Part shown: positions 1-13,508 of the stretch, piece after piece
How the letters are laid out: each line of letters begins with the position of its first letter
How positions within the stretch are numbered: position 1 is the stretch's first letter
The notes under the pieces: generated by a model
What the model was told of the DNA's origin: nothing
What the model saw: only the letters and a program-made list of their open reading frames with translations
The model's database searches: none
Assembly (NCBI GenBank): GCA_964016885.1
Contig: OZ024742.1
Location: forward strand, 375,286,001 to 375,350,000
From: Eledone cirrhosa
Taxonomy: Eukaryota
DNA: 64,000 nucleotides
Reading direction: 5' to 3'
Position numbers and translations under genes: made by a program

Positions 1-3000
1 CAGAAAAAAAAAAAAAAAAAAAGAATTGCCATATGAAAATTTGTCACACCAAAATTAATAGCTTGGTGTGATGTAGTATGGTGTGGTTTGGTGAAATTTC
101 TACAAAGATAGTCATTTTCGACAGGTTTCCATGTCATAATTAGTGATAAGTAGAAAAAAAATAGTCATTTGGGAGCACCTTTAATGTCAGATTGGGTGGT
201 AAGCACACACACACAAAAAAAGGAAACGGGACGAAAATATTTCACACCAAGATCAATAGCTTGGTGTGATGTAGTATGGTGTAACTTGGTATGGTGTGGT
301 TTGGTTTGGTTTGGTGAAGTTATGAAATGGAAACCTATTGTAAACGATAGATTCCCATGTCATTCATTGATAATGTGTGGGAAAATAGTCATTTGCAAGC
401 ACCTTTGATGTTAGTTTGAGGTGGTAACCACAAAAAGAATAAAAAAGCAGGTAGCAAATTTGTCACATTGATATCCCTACCATGGTGTGATGTAAATGGT
501 AGGAGTAAGTGTTTTGTAATAAATTTACCATATAGTGAAATATGGTTATGGTGTGGATTGGGGTAGATTAATGTGCTGTGGTGTGCTTTGTTATAAGTGA
601 GGATTTAAATTTCCACTTTGATTTATGTTAGAAAAAATTTTTTTTATTCATTTTTGCATGTGCTATCAACTTCCAAGATGCTCGCAGTGGATTATGCTTT
701 TAACATATTAACAAAAAATATGACTTCCACTGCAATAAAAAATGACTAGCTTTGTAAATGGTATTTCCACCCACATATTCCCACTTTTTTCTACAAAGCT
801 AGTCATTTTCATCAGGTTTCCATGTCATAACCATTGATAATATGTGCATAAAATAGAATGGAAACCTATTGTAAACAATAGATTCCCATGTCATTCATTG
901 ATAATGTGTGGGAAAATAGTCATTTGCAAGCACCTTTGATGTTAGTTTGAGGTGGTAACCACAAAAAAAAAAAAAAGAGCAGGTAGCAAATTTGTCACAT
1001 TGATATCCATACCATGGTGTGATGTAAATGGTAGGAGTAAGTGTTTTGTAATAAATTTACCATATAGTGAAATATGGTTATGGTGTGGATTGGGGTAGAT
1101 TAATGTGCTGTGGTGTGCTTTGTTATAAGTGAGGATTTAAATTTCCACTTTGATTTATGTTAGAAAAAATTTTTTTATTCATTTTTGCATGTGCTATCAA
1201 CTTCCAAGATGCTCGCTGTAGACTATGCTTTTAGCATATTAACAAAAAATATGACTTCCACTGCAATAAAAAATGACTAGCTTTGTAAATGGTATTTCCA
1301 CCCACATCCTCCCACTTTTTTCTACAAAGCTAGTCATTTTCATCAGGTTTCCATGTCATAACCATTGATAATATGTGCATAAAATAGTAATTTGCGAGCA
1401 CCATTTATGTCAAATTGGGTGGTAAGCACAGAAAAAAAAAAAAAAAATTGCCATTTGAAAATTTGTCACACCAAAATTAATAGCTTGGTGTGATGTAGTA
1501 TGGTGTGGTTTGGTGAAATTTCTACAAAGATAGTCATTTTCGACAGGTTTCCATGTCATAATTAGTGATAAGTACAAAAAAAATAGTCATTTGGGAGCTC
1601 CTTTAATGTCAGATTGGGTGGTAAGCACACACACACAAAAAAAGGAAACGGGAAGAAAATATTTCACACCAAGATCAATAGCTTGGTGTGATGTAGTATG
1701 GTGTAACTTGGTATGGTGTGGTTTGGTTTGGTTTGGTGAAGTTATGAAATGGAAACCTATTGTAAATGATAGATTCCCATGTCATTCATTGATAATGTGT
1801 GGGAAAATAGTCATTTGCAAGCACCTTTGATGTTAGTTTGAGGTGGTAACCACAAAAAGAATAAAAAAGCAGGTAGCAAATTTGTCACATTGATATCCAT
1901 ACCATGGTGTGATGTAAATGGTAGGAGTAAGTGTTTTGTAATAAATTTACCATATAGTGAAATATGGTTATGGTGTGGATTGGGGTAGATTAATGTGCTG
2001 TGGTGTGCTTTGTTATAAGTGAGGATTTAAATTTCCACTTTGATTTATGTTAGAAAAAAATTTTTTATTCATTTTTGCATGTGCTATCAACTTCCAAGAT
2101 GCTCGCAGTGGATTATGCTTTTAGCATATTAACAAAAAATATGACTTCCACTGCAATAAAAAATGACTAGCTTTGTAAATGGTATTTCCACCCACATCCT
2201 CCCACTTTTTTCTACAAAGCTAGTCATTTTCATCAGGTTTCCATGTCATAACCATTGATAATATGTGCATAAAATAGAATGGAAACCTATTGTAAACGAT
2301 AGATTCCCATGTCATTCATTGATAATGTGTGGGAAAATAGTCATTTGCAAGCACCTTTGATGTTAGTTTGAGGTGGTAACCACAAAAAAAAAAAAAAGCA
2401 GGTAGCAAATTTGTCACATTGATATCCATACCATGGTGTGATGTAAATGGTAGGAGTGTTTTGTAATAAATTACCATATAGTGAAATATGGTTATGGTGT
2501 GGATTGAGGTAGATTAATGTGCTGTGGTGTGCTTTGTTATAAGTGAGGATTTAAATTTCCACTTTGATTTATGTTAGAAAAAATTTTTTTATTCATTTTT
2601 GCATGTGCTATCAACTTCCAAGATGCTCGCAGTGGATTATGCTTTTAGCATATTAACAAAAAATATGACTTCCACTGCAATAAAAAATGACTAGCTTTGT
2701 AAATGGTATTTCCACCCACATCCTCCCACTTTTTTCTACAAAGCTAGTCATTTTCATCAGGTTTCCATGTCATAACCATTGATAATATGTGCATAAAATA
2801 GTAATTTGCGAGCACCATTTATGTCAAATTGGGTGGTAAGCACAGAAAAAAAAAAAAAAAAAAAATTGCCATATGAAAATTTGTCACACCAAAATTAATA
2901 GCTTGGTGTGATGTAGTATGGTGTGGTTTGGTGAAGTTTCTACAAAGATAGTCATTTTCGACAGGTTTCCATGTCATAATTATTGATAAGTAGAAAAAAA

Positions 3001-4800
3001 ATAGTCATTTGGGAGCTCCTTTAATGTCAGATTGGGTGGTAAGCACACACACACAAAAAAAGGAAACGGGAAGAAAATATTTCACACCAAGATCAATAGC
3101 TTGGTGTGATGTAGTATGGTGTAACTTGGTATGGTGTGGTTTGGTTTGGTTTGGTGAAGTTATGAAATGGAAACCTATTGTAAACGATAGATTCCCATGT
3201 CATTCATTGATAATGTGTGGGAAAATACTCATTTGCAAGCACCTTTGATGTTAGTTTGAGGTGGTAACCACAAAAAAAAAAAAAGCAGGTAGCAAATTTG
3301 TCACATTGATATCCATACCATGGTGTGATGTAAATGGTAGGAGTAAGTGTTTTGTAATAAATTTACCATATAGTGAAATATGGTTATGGTGTGGATTGGG
3401 GTAGATTAATGTGCTGTGGTGTGCTTTGTTATAAGTGAGGATTTAAATTTCCACTTTGATTTATGTTAGAAAAAATTTTTTTATTCATTTTTGCATGTGC
3501 TATCAACTTCCAAGATGCTCGCAGTGAACTATGCTTTTAGCATATTAACAAAAAATATGACTTCCACTGCAATAAAAAATGACTAGCTTTGTAAATGGTA
3601 TTTCCACCCACATCCTCCCTCTTTTTCCTACAAAACTAGTCATTTTCATGAGGTTTCCATGTCATAACCATTGATAATATGTGAATAAAATAGTAATTTG
3701 CGAGCACCTTTTATGTCAAATTGGGTGGTAAGCACAGAAAAAAAAAAAAAAAAAAAATTGCCATATGAAAATTTGTCACACCAAAATTAATAGCTTGGTG
3801 TGATGTAGTATGGTGTGGTTTGGTGAAGTTTCTACAAAGATAGTCATTTTCGACAGGTTTCCATGTCATAATTATTGATAAGTGGAAAAAAAATAGTCAT
3901 TTGGGAGCACCTTTAATGTCAGATTGGGTGGTAAGCAGACACACACAAAAAAAAAAGGAAACGGGAAGAAAATGTTTCACACCAAGATCAATAGCTTGGT
4001 GTGATGTAGTATGGTGTAACTTGGTATGGTGTGGTTTGGTTTGGTTTGGTTAAGTTATGAAATGGAAACCAATTGTAAACGATAGATTCCCATGTCATAT
4101 TCATTGATAATGTGTGGGAAAATAGTCATTTGCAAGCACCTTTGATGTTAGTTTGGGGTGGTAAACACAAAAAAAAAAAAAGCAGGTAGCAAATTTGTCA
4201 CATTGATGCCCCTATCATGGTGTGAAGTAAATGATAAGAGTAGGTGTTCTGTAATAAATTTACCATAATATGGTGCTGATTGATATGGTGTGGTTTGGGG
4301 TAGATTAATGTGGTGTGCTTTGTTATAAGTAAGGAATTAAATTTTCACTTTGATTTATGTAAGAAAAAAATTTTTTCCTTCACTTTTGCATGTGCTATCA
4401 ACTAATACAACTTCCAAGATGCTTGCAGTGTACTATGCTTTTAGCATATTAACAAAAAATATGACTTCCGCTGCAATAAAAAATGACTAGCTTTGTAAAT
4501 GGTATTTCCACCCACATCCTCCCTCTTTTTTCTACAAAGCTAGTCATTTTCGACTGTTTTCAAAGTCTTCATTGATAATATTTGCAAAAAATAGTTAATT
4601 GCGAACACTTTTAATGTCAGATTGGGTGGTAAGCACACACACAAAAAAAGACAAAAAAAAGCAGGAAGAACATTTTTCACACTGAGTTCAATAGCATGGT
4701 GTGATGTAGTATGGTGTAGTTTGTTATGATGTGGTTTGGTTTGGTGTAGTTTGGTATGGTTTGGTGTAGTTTGGTATGGAAACCTATAATAAATTTACCA
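1..4800. repeat. Higher-order tandem satellite: ~1.42 kb unit = A + B + B' (B ~530 bp), followed by shorter A+B units
   Basis: Near-identical 79-aa ORFs recur at 169, 1591 and 3009. The anchor 'ggaaacctattg' recurs at ~329, 860, 1751, 2281, 3169 and (variant) 4064. The last unit is more diverged. Confidence 0.95.
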
Positions 4801-4925
4801 AGGTATGGTATAATCTGGTTTGGTGTAGTGTAGGTTAGTGTGGTGTGGTGTGTTGCATCATATAGCGTGATTCTCTTTAAATTAAAATCATTAAAATGTG
4901 ATGCCTTTCTTCTATATCTTAAAGA

Positions 4926-7900
4926 GTGACCTTAAATGTGATTGCAAATTACTTTTTTCTCTGGGTTAATGTTAGATTTAGGGTTAGTGTTAGGGTAAGT
5001 TTTACTGTTAATGGTAAGTTTATTGTTAGTGACTGTGTTACTGTTAGTGTTACTGTAACTGTTACTCTTACAGTTACTGTTTGCGTTACTGTCTGCATCA
5101 GCGTTAGCATTTGCATAAGCGTCTATGTAAGCTTTTGTGTTAGTGTCTATGTAGACTGGTGTTAGCATCTGCGTTAGTGTTTGCGTAAGTGTCAGCATCT
5201 ATGTCAGCATTTGCGTCAGCGTCTGCATTGATGATAGTGATTGTGTCAGCATTTCCCTTAGTGTCTGAGTCAACATTAGTGTTAGCATTAGTGTTTGTTT
5301 CAGTGCCTGCGTCTACGTCAGCTTCTGAGTCAGCATTATCATTAGCGTCCGCGTCAGCACTTGTGTCAGTGTCAACATTTCCCTCAGTGTCAGCGTTTGC
5401 ATCAGCGTGCACGTCAGCATTTGCATTAGTGTTTGAGTCAGTGTTAGCATCAGCGTTTGCATTTGTGTAGGAGTTAGCATTTGCGTCAGCATCTGCATCA
5501 GCATTCACATTAGCATTAGCGTTTGCGACAGCGTTTCCTTTAACGTCTTTGTCAGCATTTCCGTTAGCGTCTGTGTCAGCGTGTACGTTAGCTTCTACGT
5601 CAGTGTTTACGTTAGCGTCTATGTCAGTGTTTACGTTAGCGTCTATGTCAGTGTTTCCGTTAGCTTCTACGTCAGTGTTTCCGTTAGCTTCTACGTCAGT
5701 GTTTCCGTTAGCTTCTACGTCAGTGTTTCCGTTAGCTTCTACGTCAGTGTTTACGTTAGCTTCTACGTCAGTGTTTCCGTTAGCTTCTACGTCAGTGTTT
5801 ACGTTAGCTTCTACGTCAGTGTTTACGTTAGCTTCTACGTCAGCGTCTGTATTTACATCTACATCAGTGTCAGCATTTACATTTGCGTCTGTGTCAGCGT
5901 GTACGTTAGCTTCTACGTCAGTGTTTACGTTAGCGTCTATGTCAGTGTTTCCGTTAGCTTCTACATCAGCGTTTCCGACCGCGTCTGTGTCAGCGTCAGT
6001 ATTTACATCTACATCAGCGTCAGCGTTTCAGTTAACGTCAGTATTTACGTTAGCGTCTGTGTCAGCGTTTATGTTAGCGTCTGTGTCAGCGTTTACGTTA
6101 GCTTCTACGTCAGCGTTTCCGTAACGTCTGCGTCAGCGTTTTCCGTTAGCATTAGCGTTTCCATCAACCTTTCCTGTGGCGTCCGCATCAATGCAGCGTC
6201 TGCATATCCCATGTAAGCGTTAACTTCAGCATTTGCGTCAGCGTTAGCGTTAGCCTTAGCCCTAGCGTCCACATCAGCATTTGCATTAGCGTCAGCATAC
6301 ACGTCAGCGCCTGGCAATACTGCCTCAACATTTGCGTCAGCGTTAGCTTGGCTTTGGCTTCAGCAATCCGCATCAGCAATTGCGTTTTGGAGATCAGCTT
6401 CGGCGGTAAGGGTAAACGCTAACTTCTACGCCTGCTTCTACGTAACAACTACGTCAGCGTTTTGTTAGCTTCTACGTCAGCGTTTACGTTAGCTTCTACA
6501 TCAGCTTCTACATTAACATCTACGTCATCGTTTACATTAGCTTCTACATCAGCGCTTACATTAGTGTCTGTGTCAGCGTTTGTGTTAGCTTCTACGTCAG
6601 CGTCTGTATTTACATCTACATCAGTGTCAGCATTTACATTTGCGTCTGTGTCAGCGTTTACGTTAGCTTCTACGTCATCGTTTACATTAGCGTCTGTGTC
6701 ATCATTTACGTTAGCGTCTGCGTCAACGTGTGTTAGCATCTGTGTCAGCGTTTATGTTAGCCTCTGTGTCAGTGTTTATATTAGCATCTGCGTCAGTGTT
6801 TACGTTAGCATCTGTGTTAACGTGTGTTAACGTGTGTTAGCGTCTGTGTCAGCATTTTCATTAGTGTTTGCATCAGTGTTTCCTTTAGCTTCTACATCTG
6901 CGTTAAGGTTCACATTAGCATCGCTGTCATCGTTTGCGCCAGCATTTGCGTTTGCTTTAACATCTGCATCAACATTTGCGTCTGTGTTTGCATTAGTGTC
7001 TGTATTTGCTTTAGTGTTTGCATCAGCGTGAGCATTTGTGTCAGTGTCCACGTCAGCGTTAGAGTCTGTGTAGCATTTACAGCAGTGTGTGCGTCAGAGT
7101 CTTTGTTAGCATTCGCCTTTGCACCTGCATCAGTATTCACGTCAGTGTTTGTGTCAGCGTAAGCGATTGTGTTAGTGTTGAGGTTAGTGTTGAGGTTAGT
7201 GTTAGAGATTGTGTTAGTGTTTGTTTTTGTGTTAATATTTGTGTTAGTTTCTCTGTTAGTGTTAGTTTTAGTGTAAGTGTTCAGGTTAGTGTTCAAGTTA
7301 ATGTTAGTGTTAGTTTTAGTGTTAAGGTTAGTGTTAGAGATTTTGTTAGTGTTAGTATTTGTTTTTGTGTTAATATTTGTGTTAGTATCTCTGTTAGCAT
7401 TAGTGATTGATGTTTCCATTAGTGTTAGTGATTGTGTTAGCGTTAGTCTTTATTTTTGTGTTAATGTTAGCATTAGTATTTCTGTTAGTGTTAGCATGAG
7501 TGTTTGTGTTAGTGTTCAGGTTAATGTTAGCTTAGTTTTCAGGTTAGTGTTAGCGTTCAAGTTAATGTTTGTTTTAGTGTTAGAGATTGTGTTAGTGTTT
7601 GTTTTTGTGTTAATATTTGTGTTAGTATCTCTGTTAGTGTTAGTTTTAGTGTAAGTGTTCAGGTTAGTGTTAGTGTTCAAGTTAATGTTAGTGTTAGTTT
7701 TAGTGTTAAGGTTAGTGTTAGAGATTGTGTTAGTGTTAGTATTTGTTTTTGTGTTAATATTTGTGTTAGTATCTCTGTTAGCATTAGTGTTTTATGTTTC
7801 CATTAGTGTTAGTGATTGTGATAGCGTTAGTCTTTGTTTTTGTGTTAAGGTTAGCGTTAATGTTAGCATTAGTATTTCTGTTAGTGTTAGCATTAGTGTT

Positions 7901-8560
7901 TATGTTAGTGTTCAGGTTAATGTTAGCTTAGTTTTCAGGTTAGAGTTAGTGTTCAAGTTAATGTTAGTTTTAGTGTTAGTGTTGAGGTTAGTGTTAGAGA
8001 TTGTGTTAGTGTTTGTTTTTGTATTAATATTTGTGTTAGTATCTTTGTTAGAGTTAGTGTTTGTTTTAGTGTTGAAGTTAATGTTAGCTTAGTTTTCTGA
8101 TTAGTATCAGTTTTCAGATTAGTGTTTGTGTCAGTGTTACTTTTAGTGTTAGTGCTCAGGTCAGTGTTAGTGTTAGTGTTAGTGTTAGTGTTTATGGTAG
8201 TGTTAGTGCTAGTGTTCAGGTTAATGTTTGTGCTAATATTAGTTTTAGTGTGAGTGTTTGTATTAATGTTTACGGTAGTGTTAGTTTTAGTGCTGGTGTT
8301 CAGGTTAGTGTTAGTGTCAGTTTTAGTGTTAGTGTTAGTTTTAGTGTTAGTGTCAGTTTTAGTGTTAGTGTTCAGGTTAGTATTTGTGTTCAGGTTAGTG
8401 TTTGTGTTAGTTTACTATTTAATGTTAGTTTTCAGATTTTGTGTTTGTGTTAGTTTTCATGTTAGCGCTAAGTTCACTGTTAGAGCATGTGTGAGAGCAA
8501 GTGTTAGAGCATGTGTGAGTGCAAGTGTTAGAGCATGTGTGAGTACAAGTGTTAGGGTAA
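4926..8560. repeat. Hexamer-derived low-complexity tract with 24-bp and ~380-bp higher-order repeats
   Basis: gttagc/gtcagc/gttagt hexamers. 24-bp unit gttagcttctacgtcagtgtttcc at ~5590-5850. Block ~7200-7575 is repeated at ~7575-8000. Confidence 0.9.
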
Positions 8561-8929
8561 GTTATTTTTAAAGTTCGGTTTTAGCTTAAAGTTAGGTTTT
8601 CTACTTTCCAGGAAAAAAGTTGATCCTCTCTAACTTGAGTGGTGTGATATAGTGTGGTAAAGTATAGTGTTTCATAGTCTTGTGTGGTGTTGTCTATTGT
8701 TGTATAGTGTAGTATGGTATATTGTTTCATAGCATGGTCTGATGTGAGGTCGTAGAGTGTTTCGTAGTGTGGTGTTGGATAATGTGGTATGGTATAATGT
8801 TTGTCAGTGTGGTGTGGCATGGTATGGTATAGGTTGATGTAGTGTGGCTTAGTTTGAATATAATAATACAAATAATAATAACAATAATAATAGTAATAAT
8901 AATTGTTCTTCTTGTTCATTTTCTTTGTC

Positions 8930-9320
8930 TTCTTCTGTGCCTTTGACTTCTTCTGTGCCTTTGACTTCTTCTGTGCCTTTGACTTCTTCTGTGCCTTTGA
9001 CTTCTTCTGTGCCTTTGACTTCTTCTGTGCTTTTGACTTCTTCTGTGCTTTTGACTTCTTCTGTGCTTTTGACTTCTTCTGTGCTTTTGACTTCTTCTGT
9101 GCCTTTGACTTCTTCTGTGCCTTTGACTTCTTCTGTGCTTTTGACTTCTTCTGTGCTTTTGACTTCTTCTGTGCTTTTGACTTCTTCTGTGCCTTTGTCC
9201 TCTTCTGTGCTTTTGACTTCTTCTGTGCTTTTGACTTCTTCTGTGCTTTTGACTTCTTCTGTGCTTTTGACTTCTTCTGTGCCTTTGACTTCTGTGCTTT
9301 TGACTTCTTCTGTGCCTTTA
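8930..9320. repeat. 18-bp minisatellite (cttctgtgcYtttgactt)n, about 21 copies
   Basis: Direct inspection. Reads as KKSKAQ or EEVKST/EEVKGT repeats on the minus strand. Confidence 0.95.
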
Positions 9321-10865
9321 TCTTCTCCTCTGCCATCTAAATACCAAAAACAAAGAATGTAAAACATATATGTTGCCTATCTCTCAGACTTTACAAAGTT
9401 CTGAGGAGATAAAGTTAATTTAAAGAGCAGTGTGCTCATGCACTGTGATCCTATAATGTAGCTTATAAGCTATTTCATAACTAAAAAAACAATGTCAACC
9501 ATCAACAAAAGTATATACAAATATCTTTGAATGTTTAAGTTAAACCTAAATAGATCGTATCTACAGGTCATTAGGTTAAGACTGAACTAAGATCATATCT
9601 ATAAATCATTAGGTTTAGACTGAACTGAGATCATACTTTCTTCTTCTTTTCGTCATCTTCGTTTCTCGTGTCTTCTTTGTCTTTGTTGTCATTTTCATTT
9701 TAGTCATCTGCTTCGTCGTCTTTTTCTTCTTTTCCATCTAACTATAAAAAAAAAATTGTAAACAAATATATAGCTGATCTCTCAGACTTTCACGAAACAC
9801 CGAGGAGATACAGTTAATATAACGAGTGGGGAGCTCATATATATATATATGGTATAGCATGGTGTTATGTGGTCTGGTGTGGTACAACATGATGTGATGT
9901 GGTGTGGTATGATATGGTGAGGTGGTGGGGGGGGGGGGGGGGGGGGGGCAACGTTAGATTAATGTTAACAATACACATGTAGCATCCACATGTGATGAGA
10001 AGGGTGAAACAGTGTTTAACTAATTTTAACATTACATGTAGCATCCATCTACAGGTGATTAAGTTAAGACTGAGGTGTAATCATATGAAAAGGTCAATTT
10101 AAAACTACACTGAGATCCTGCTTAAAATGATGGTCAATGAAGTGTTTACTTACTCAGATCGTTTGAAATAACTTTCTTTCTCTTACTGTAACTGGACATA
10201 CCTACGAAATAGAAAACAGTCGAATAGACAGTGGTGTGGTGTAGCGTAGTGGAGTGTGGTTTAGTGTAGTGGACAGTGGTGTGGTGTAGTGTAGTGTAGT
10301 GGAGTGTGGTTTAGTGGTGTGGTGTAGTGGAGTGTGGTGGAGTGTGGTGGAGTGAAGTGTGGTTCAATGTAGGGTGGGGATATGGTGTAGTGGAGTGTGG
10401 TGGGATATAGTGTGGTAGCATGTGGTGTGATGGCATGTGATGTGATGCGGCATGGCGTGGTGAAATGTGATGTGATGTGATGAAATGTGTCGTGGTGAAA
10501 TGTGATGTGATGTGATGAAATGTGGCGTGGCATGGTGAAATGAGGTGAGACGAGATGTGATGTGGTGTGATGTGATGTGAAATGTTTTCATCCTATTTTT
10601 CATGTGCTATCAACTAATCCAATCTCCAAGATGCTTGAAACTGACTTTTTCCCCCCAGGAAAACGGCAGGGTGAGGTGGTTCCCCCTTCACCCGGATAAC
10701 CCCTGCTTACTCGGAATTTTCTCTTTGATTCTATTTTCATGTGTTATCAGTGAATATGACTTCCAAACCAGTCAAAAACAACTAGCTTTGGAGAAAGAGG
10801 AGAGGGAGAAGGGAAGAGTTTTGCAGATCTACACCCCACTCACATTTTGTGGGACTTAATCATTT

Positions 10866-11012
10866 TCGGTATATTTCCTATGCTATTTCCTATGCTAATT
10901 CCTATGCTAATTCCTATGCTAATTCCTATGCTAATTCCTATGCTAATTCCTATGCTAATTCCTATGCTATTTCCTATGCTATTTCCTATGCTATTTCCTA
11001 TGCTATTTCCTG
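10866..11012 (+). repeat. 12-bp tandem repeat (ttcctatgctaW)n
   Basis: About 11-12 copies, giving the spurious MLIP/MLFP ORF. Confidence 0.95.
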
Positions 11013-11062
11013 TGCTATTAATTAATCTGACCTCCTAGATGCTTCCAATCAATTTATTTCCC

Positions 11063-11400
11063 TGGGTTAGGTTTAGGGTTTAGTTTTAGGATTGGGGTAA
11101 AGTTTAGGGTTTAGTTTTAGGGTTGGGGTAATGTTTAGGGGCTAGTTTTAGGGTTGGGGTAAAGTTTAGGGTTTAGTTTTAGGTTTGGGGTAAAGTTTAG
11201 GGTTTAGTTTTAGGTTTGGGGTAAAGTTTAGGGTTTAGTTTTATGGTTGGGGTAATGTTTAGGGTCTAGTTTTATGGTTGGGGTATAGTTTAGGGTTTAG
11301 TTTTATGGTTGGGGTATAGTTTAGGGTTTAGTTTAAGGGTTGGGGTAATGTTTATATTTAGATTTAGCTTCGTTTGGTTTAGATTTAGAGTTTAGGGTTG
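11063..11400 (+). repeat. ~31-bp G-rich tandem repeat containing TTTAGGG/TTAGGG telomere-like motifs
   Basis: Unit gtttagggtttagttttagggttggggtaaa, about 9 copies. Confidence 0.9.
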
Positions 11401-12293
11401 GGGCTAGATTTAATTTTATGTTTAATTTAGTTTTAGTTTCCAAATCCCAGGAAAAAAAATTGATTCAGAGCAACTAAAAGGTCAGATTAGTTGATAGCAC
11501 TGAAAAGGAGACCGAAGAAAAATCATTAGGGAATATATCTACAAAACGACAATGGCTTTTCCACCTGCTTTACCCCTCCTTTTTCCTAGAACAACTAATC
11601 ATTTCCAACTGGTTTGGAGGTCATATTCGTTGATAACATACGAAAAATCTTAGAGAAAACTCTGGGGTTAAATGAGAGAAGTGCATCCACCTAAGTTTTC
11701 CATCAAGAGAAAGTCAATAACAAACATCTTGGAGATCAGATTAGTTGATAACACATGAAAAAATGATTAGGAAAAAATTTTGAGTGTTATTTGGGGTGGA
11801 GTAGTGTGGTGTGTTGTAGTGAGGAGTGGTGTGTTGTGTTGTAGTGAGGTGTGTTGTGTTGTAGTGAGGTGCGTTGTGTTGTAGTGAGGAGTGGTGTGTT
11901 GTGTTGTAGTGAGGAGTGGTGTGTTGTGTTGTGGTGTTATGTGGTGTGGAGTATTATGGTGTAGTGTTGTATGTTTTTATCTGGTGTGGTGAAGTGTGGT
12001 GTGATGTGGTGCGGTGCACTGCTATGTGGTGTGGTGCAGTGCAGTGCGGTTCTGTGTGGTGTTGTGCAGTGCGGTATTGTGCAGTGTGATGCAGTGAGGT
12101 TCTTCATCTTTATCTTTCTCTTCTTCATCTTTGTATTCATCTTCTTTGTTTTGTCTTCCATCTAAACAAAAAAAGAATATATATATAAAATATATATGTA
12201 GCCAATCTCTTAGACTTTTACAAAGCTCCAGGGAGATAAATTTAATATAAGTGGTGTGTTCCTGAACAGAGATACGACAAAATAGCTTAAAAG

Positions 12294-12356
<63 letters not shown>

Positions 12357-12519
12357 TATAAATAAATATACACGGGTGTGTATGATTGTGTATAGAAGAT
12401 TATATTAATAAAAGGAATTCCAACTTTGTTTGATTTACTCGTTTTATTTATAATCCTTTAAAATTATAATTTTATTAGAATGAAATAGTATGGTAGAATA
12501 TTAAGTGTTAAGTGTTAAT

Positions 12520-12558
12520 TGAACAAGTAATTTCATGCTTTCGCAATCTTCAGGTTCA
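12520..12558 (-). ncRNA. Minimal type I hammerhead ribozyme motif
   Basis: tgaac-CTGAAGA-ttgcgaaagcat-GAAA-ttac-TT-gttca; 5-bp stem I. Confidence 0.65.
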
Positions 12559-12876
12559 TATTCTGTGGTGACAGTCAATTTTACAATTTTCAACTGGAAT
12601 GAGATGGGTAAATTTTGTGCCTTATATACAGTGAAAAGCGGCTACAGAATGCTACATTTTTCAAACTGTATTTCGACCAATCGGTCTGTAGTTTCACTGG
12701 ATTACTGAAGCTGATTGGTTTAGGCATCACTGTTGGTTGGGCATGTCTAACGACTTCTATTTGGCCCTATTCAAAGCATCAATTGTTTTGCTATTTTTAG
12801 AAATGATTGAAATAGCATTTTCTAGGGTTTTATACCCCTAAGAATTATTATTGTTCATTTAACTTGGGTTGAAATT

Positions 12877-13182
12877 TTGAAAAATATTCCCAAATGCAAA
12901 AGCAGAAATCTAATTTACTGCATTAAATGTCCGAATTGTGAAGCACTATATGTCGGTCAAACTGGAAATGTACTATCAGAACGTGCACGGGTGCACCGAC
13001 AGCAAATCAGAGACCCAAATGTAAGTCAGATACACCTGAGTAACCATCTAGAAACATGTGGTCAGAAAATATTTATAATATTTCCATTCTACAAATTACA
13101 CAGGCCAAGTGAAATCAAGAGAAAAATCAAAGAAAAGAATTTTATTCATAAATTCCAACCCAAGCTAAATGAACAATACTAA
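12877..13182 (+). pseudogene. PLE GIY-YIG endonuclease domain (C-terminal remnant of the RT-EN ORF)
   Basis: NLIYCIKCPNC..LYVGQTG..R...H motif; ends E..FI..FQPKLN. Confidence 0.88.
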
Positions 13183-13469
13183 TTCTTAGGGGTATAAAAA
13201 CCCTAGAAAATGCTATTTACATCATTTCTAAAAATAGCAAAACAATTGATGCTTTGGATAGAGCCAAATAGAAGTCGTTAGACATGCTCAACCAACCATG
13301 ACGCCTAAACCAATCAGCTTCAGTAATCCAGTGAAACTACACACCAATTGGTCGAAATACAGTTTGCAAAATTTAGCATTCTGTAACCGCTTTTCACTGT
13401 ATATAAGGAACAAAATTTACCCATCTTATTACAGTTGAAAATTGCAAACTTGACTGTCACCACAGAATA

Positions 13470-13508
13470 TGGACCTGAAGATTGCGAAAGCATGAAAGTA
13501 CTTGTTCA
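13470..13508 (+). ncRNA. Minimal type I hammerhead ribozyme motif
   Basis: tggac-CTGAAGA-ttgcgaaagcat-GAAA-gtac(palindrome)-TT-gttca. The first stem II pair is U-U and the cleavage triplet is CUU. Confidence 0.7.

Larger units (their letters stand above)
10590..11780. mobile_element. Foldback/MITE-like element with long degenerate modular inverted repeats around a telomere-like core
   Basis: 10595-10655 is the inverse of 11710-11765, 10735-10820 of 11560-11645, and 11005-11068 of 11445-11505. Confidence 0.7.

Noticed and set aside
169-3248. Three near-identical 79-aa ORFs as a tandem gene family
   Set aside because: TTG starts, pentanucleotide-derived W/C/G runs, and the fourth copy is frameshifted; a by-product of the satellite.
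11063-11400. True telomere
   Set aside because: Degenerate ~31-bp units at an internal position, not a pure (TTAGGG)n array.
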